Below are positions 60,907-64,000 of a DNA stretch of 64,000 bases, piece after piece; position 1 is the stretch's first letter, and every line of letters begins with the position of its first letter. The notes below the pieces were generated by a model that was not told the origin of the DNA, made no database searches, and saw only the letters and a program-made list of their open reading frames with translations. The stretch spans positions 19,075 through 83,074 of the forward strand of contig DUMO01000024.1 of NCBI GenBank assembly GCA_012839865.1, read 5' to 3'. Both the position numbers and the translations under genes were made by a program. The stretch is from Clostridiaceae bacterium. GTDB lineage: Bacteria; Bacillota; Clostridia; CAYPLH01; DUMO01.

Positions 60907-62306
60907 TCCGCCAATCCCTGACCCTCGGGTATTTCCCCGTCCACTTCATCAACCCAGTTCATCAGTTCCTTATGATGCTTTTTCAGTTGGTCCTTATGTT
61001 TTTCCGCCAGATTGTTCAACTCTGATTCGTCATTTTCCAGATTGTACAGCTCTGCAGAGGAATTGTCCAGATACTCGATGAGCTTCCAGTTCCCATTGCG
61101 CAATGCAGCAGATGAGCGGCCGCCTAAAAAGTGATTCTTTTTAAGGGGATAATGCCAGAAAAATTTACGCCCCTGCATGTTTCCTCCATTATTCTGACCG
61201 GTAAGCACAGGATAAATGGAAATACCGTCAACAATATGGTTTTCAGGAATTTTATAACCGATTATTTCAGCAAATGTAGGATAAAAATCAAGATTAATTG
61301 TCGGAGCCTTGCATACACTGTTTCCGGGGATGACACCAGGCCATGACATTACAAGCGATACCCTTAAGCCCCCCTCATATGTCATGGATTTACCTCCCCG
61401 TAAGTGTCCGTTAACCGTAACTCTGGCTTCTCCTCCATTGTCACTGGTAAAGACGATTATTGTGTCCTTTGATAGTCCAAGCTCCTCCAGTGTGTTTTTA
61501 ATCATGCCCACACCGTCATCAATGCTCTTTAGCATGGCTGCAAGAACCGGGTTGTCTCTTTTGGTCCATTCTGTTTTTTCAGCAAGGTCCTCCCGGTTGC
61601 CGCGCTTTTTGAGGAAATATTCCACATATTCCGGTTTCCCCGCCAGGGTCGTATGTACGGCATAATGGCTGAGATATAAAAAGAATGGTTCTTTTTTGTT
61701 TCTCTTTATGAATTCCACAGCTTCATAATTCATCCTGTCCACCAGATACTCGTTTTCACCCAGAACAGGTTCAATTGATGGATCCACACAGGTATACGGG
61801 TGGAAATAACTTCCATCGCCTATAAATACCCTCTCCGACATGATGACTTCATCAAATCCGTATTTTTCAGGTCCATATTTGGTTCCCTTTTCATCGTAAC
61901 CTGAAAGATGCCATTTTCCAACGATTCCTGTCCTGTATCCCTTGGTTTTGAACATCTGTGACAATGTGACCATGTTGGGGTCAAAATGAAAATCCGTATC
62001 TTCAGGCAGTTCATTGTCTGCAAAGGATGTGAACTCAGGATTCATCGGCAGGTACCATTCGGTATCTGGTCTGAGATAGTCGGTTATTCCATTTCTCACA
62101 GGTGTTTGTCCTGTAAGAATCCCTGCCCGGGAAGGGCTGCAAACAGGCGCGCTTGCATATGCTGTATAAAAAAGCATCCCTTCTTTTGCCAGATTATCAA
62201 TGTTTGGTGTTTCATTGAAGCTGTTTCCGTAACAACCCGGTTCTCCCCACCCCAGGTCATCAACCAGTATAAAAACTACATTAGGCAGTCTTTTCTCTGA
62301 CAACAT
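60900..62306 (-). CDS. Cys-type (formylglycine) sulfatase
   Basis: The sulfatase signature PVCSPSRAGILTG (C-x-P-x-R) and an N-terminal metal-binding DD motif (VFILVDDLGWG). No signal peptide. Confidence 0.9.
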   Translation of the reverse strand: MLSEKRLPNVVFILVDDLGWGEPGCYGNSFNETPNIDNLAKEGMLFYTAYASAPVCSPSRAGILTGQTPVRNGITDYLRPDTEWYLPMNPEFTSFADNELPEDTDFHFDPNMVTLSQMFKTKGYRTGIVGKWHLSGYDEKGTKYGPEKYGFDEVIMSERVFIGDGSYFHPYTCVDPSIEPVLGENEYLVDRMNYEAVEFIKRNKKEPFFLYLSHYAVHTTLAGKPEYVEYFLKKRGNREDLAEKTEWTKRDNPVLAAMLKSIDDGVGMIKNTLEELGLSKDTIIVFTSDNGGEARVTVNGHLRGGKSMTYEGGLRVSLVMSWPGVIPGNSVCKAPTINLDFYPTFAEIIGYKIPENHIVDGISIYPVLTGQNNGGNMQGRKFFWHYPLKKNHFLGGRSSAALRNGNWKLIEYLDNSSAELYNLENDESELNNLAEKHKDQLKKHHKELMNWVDEVDGEIPEGQGLADV

Positions 62307-62395
62307 TTTGGTTCATCCTTTCATTGAAATTATTCCCGTCCTGGCATGCTGCAAAAAACTTGCGGGTTCATCTAAATTGTTCATGTTTCATAAAT

Positions 62396-63814
62396 TTAAA
62401 TATAATCATAATATTCAGTGTCAATAAGCCAGTCCAGAATATGGCCTTTCAGCTTGCAGATTACCTCTTTATACCTGTCGTCATTTGCAAGGTTGACAAG
62501 CTCAAATGGGTCTGACTCAATGTTATACAGTTCTGTCACGTCATTGGGTGTTATGCACAACTTCCATTTTTCCGTTCGTACACCCTTGGTTCTGCCTTTG
62601 TAAACTTCATCGCAAAGATGCAAATTTCCGCTGTTCTTCAATCTTTTTTGATCATCCGGGGATAATTCCCCCAGCTGCAATACTGTACCCGGGCCACCAT
62701 GTTCCATAAAAACCATTTCCCTGTGTTTGTTGCTTTTGCCCATAACCACATCATAAAAACTTCTGCCATTAATACCATCTGGCTGCTCTAAATTAATAAT
62801 ATTAAACAATGTAGGGAAAATGTCAATGTTGCTTACCAGGCAATCTGCAACTTGTTGCTTGATTTTTCCCGGAAAGCTGAAAATTAGGGGAACACGGGTA
62901 AGAGAATCGTAAAGGTGCGGCCCCTTTCTTATCATCTTATGGTCGCCAAGATAATCTCCATGGTCAGAGGTAAATACAATAATAGTATTTTCAAACAGCC
63001 CCTCTTCTTTCAGAAAGCCCAGTAACAGCCCCACCTGTTGGTCAATGCAGCTTACCATGCCATAATAAATACTTACGAGTTTTTGAAAATCCTTTTTCGT
63101 CGGATAATCAGCCGTCAATTTATCCATTTCCACCACCATTCGCTGGCGGTAAGGCTTGTTGGCCATCTCATCTTCTCCATAAACCGGACCTGGAAAATCA
63201 ACATCCCTGTACATACTTGCAAAGGGCTCCGAAACCATATACGGTGGGTGCGGGTCAGGTATTGAAAGCCACAAAAAGAATGGCTGCTCATTGCTTTCTT
63301 TAATAAATTGCTTTCCCCGGTTAAATATGGATGCCGTTAAGTTTTTCTCTGCCGGAAACGGATCTTCACAAAAGGGTACGGTAAATTTACCGGTTCTGTA
63401 TTTGTTTATTGCGACTTCATCTTCACTTGCCGGTTCTTTAAAACCTAAGTGGGATGCTTCCCATACAAAATCAAAACTTTCAGAAAGCCGCCTTCCAAAA
63501 CAATGGTCTTTTCCGGACAGCCCTGTCCTGTAACCGGTTTTCCTGAGATACCCTGCAAAATCCATTTGATTGTCACAAATCAAACGGCTGTTGTTATAGC
63601 TCAAGTTTGCATGATTATATTTTCCAGTAAATAAAGATATCCGGGAAGGTACACATATCGGACATGTGACAAATGCATTGGTGAACAACGTCCCGCTATT
63701 GGCCAGTTGATCCAAATTTGGGGTTTTAATATATGCATTCCCGGTAACGCCTAAAGTGTCATATCTTTGCTGATCCGTATAAATTATAATGATATTTGGT
63801 TTTTTAGCATTCAT
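62396..63814 (-). CDS. Cys-type (formylglycine) sulfatase
   Basis: The signature CVPSRISLFTG and an N-terminal IIIIYTDQQRYD. No signal peptide. Confidence 0.9.
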   Translation of the reverse strand: MNAKKPNIIIIYTDQQRYDTLGVTGNAYIKTPNLDQLANSGTLFTNAFVTCPICVPSRISLFTGKYNHANLSYNNSRLICDNQMDFAGYLRKTGYRTGLSGKDHCFGRRLSESFDFVWEASHLGFKEPASEDEVAINKYRTGKFTVPFCEDPFPAEKNLTASIFNRGKQFIKESNEQPFFLWLSIPDPHPPYMVSEPFASMYRDVDFPGPVYGEDEMANKPYRQRMVVEMDKLTADYPTKKDFQKLVSIYYGMVSCIDQQVGLLLGFLKEEGLFENTIIVFTSDHGDYLGDHKMIRKGPHLYDSLTRVPLIFSFPGKIKQQVADCLVSNIDIFPTLFNIINLEQPDGINGRSFYDVVMGKSNKHREMVFMEHGGPGTVLQLGELSPDDQKRLKNSGNLHLCDEVYKGRTKGVRTEKWKLCITPNDVTELYNIESDPFELVNLANDDRYKEVICKLKGHILDWLIDTEYYDYI

Positions 63815-63887
63815 GCTCAGGGCTCCTCAAATTAGTATACTTGGGATGAACTATTTTTTCAATACAACTTATCAACTTAAAAATTAT

Positions 63888-63927
63888 ACTTAGTAAGAGT
63901 ACGGTAAAGCTCGTACTCTTACTAAGT
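63888..63927. repeat. Perfect 16-bp-arm inverted repeat (ACTTAGTAAGAGTACG-gtaaagct-CGTACTCTTACTAAGT) upstream of the sulfatase gene
   Basis: Read from the sequence. It is flanked by two copies of TTTTGCAAAAT at 63935-63947 and 63985-63997. Confidence 0.8.
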
Positions 63928-64000
63928 CTCAGTGCTTTTTGCAAAATACTGATGCTGTCTGATTCATTCCTATTCTATCAGCAATTTTGCAAAATTTTTG

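Overview
This 64-kb window looks like a chromosomal segment of a low-GC Gram-positive anaerobe, probably a Clostridia-type polysaccharide degrader. Coding is dense, and most genes lie on the minus strand. I found no IS element, transposase, integrase, CRISPR array or prophage.

In order along the window:
- Stress and iron genes: clpB with a CtsR box, feoAB, cca-galK-galT, and a dinB gene under two LexA boxes.
- A redox group: an Fe-S protein, a Crp/Fnr regulator and an aldo-keto reductase with a ferredoxin domain.
- An eight-gene Tad/Flp-type pilus locus (about 19.9-27.3 kb). It runs tadE-like, tadG-like, cpaB-LysM, a receiver-CpaE fusion, cpaF, tadB, tadC and a DUF192 gene. A DegS/DegU-like two-component pair sits directly upstream.
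- A surface-protein gene (29.0-31.2 kb) ending in a (SP/TP)n tandem-repeat linker that abuts the degS-like start.
- A LacI-controlled cluster: ThuA-like, Gfo/Idh/MocA and a xylose-isomerase-fold protein. Then pdp, deoC and a 2-hydroxyacid dehydrogenase.
- A long minus-strand operon (41.2-52.9 kb): a YtdP-like AraC sensor, an LplA-like binding protein, two permeases, and a 1761-aa secreted heparinase II/III-like lyase. The lyase has a beta-helix and four tandem carbohydrate-binding-like modules joined by PT linkers.
- tRNA-Arg(TCT) and tRNA-Gly(TCC), a truncated binding-protein remnant, rdgB-rph and an AraC regulator.
- A plus-strand uroporphyrinogen-decarboxylase-like gene and a clan GH-A glycosidase, followed by two Cys-type sulfatases that lack signal peptides.

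The points most worth a second look:
- A structured ~60-80-bp repeat at three gene 3' ends.
- An apparent homopolymer frameshift that truncates tadB.
- A TadE-like gene with no canonical start codon.
- No Flp pilin or prepilin peptidase in the pilus locus.
- The unassigned four-times-repeated module of the lyase.
- A GC-rich non-coding block downstream of dinB.
- The sulfatase, GH-A and lyase gene content.

All functional calls come from my own reading of the translated ORFs and motifs. No database search was run.
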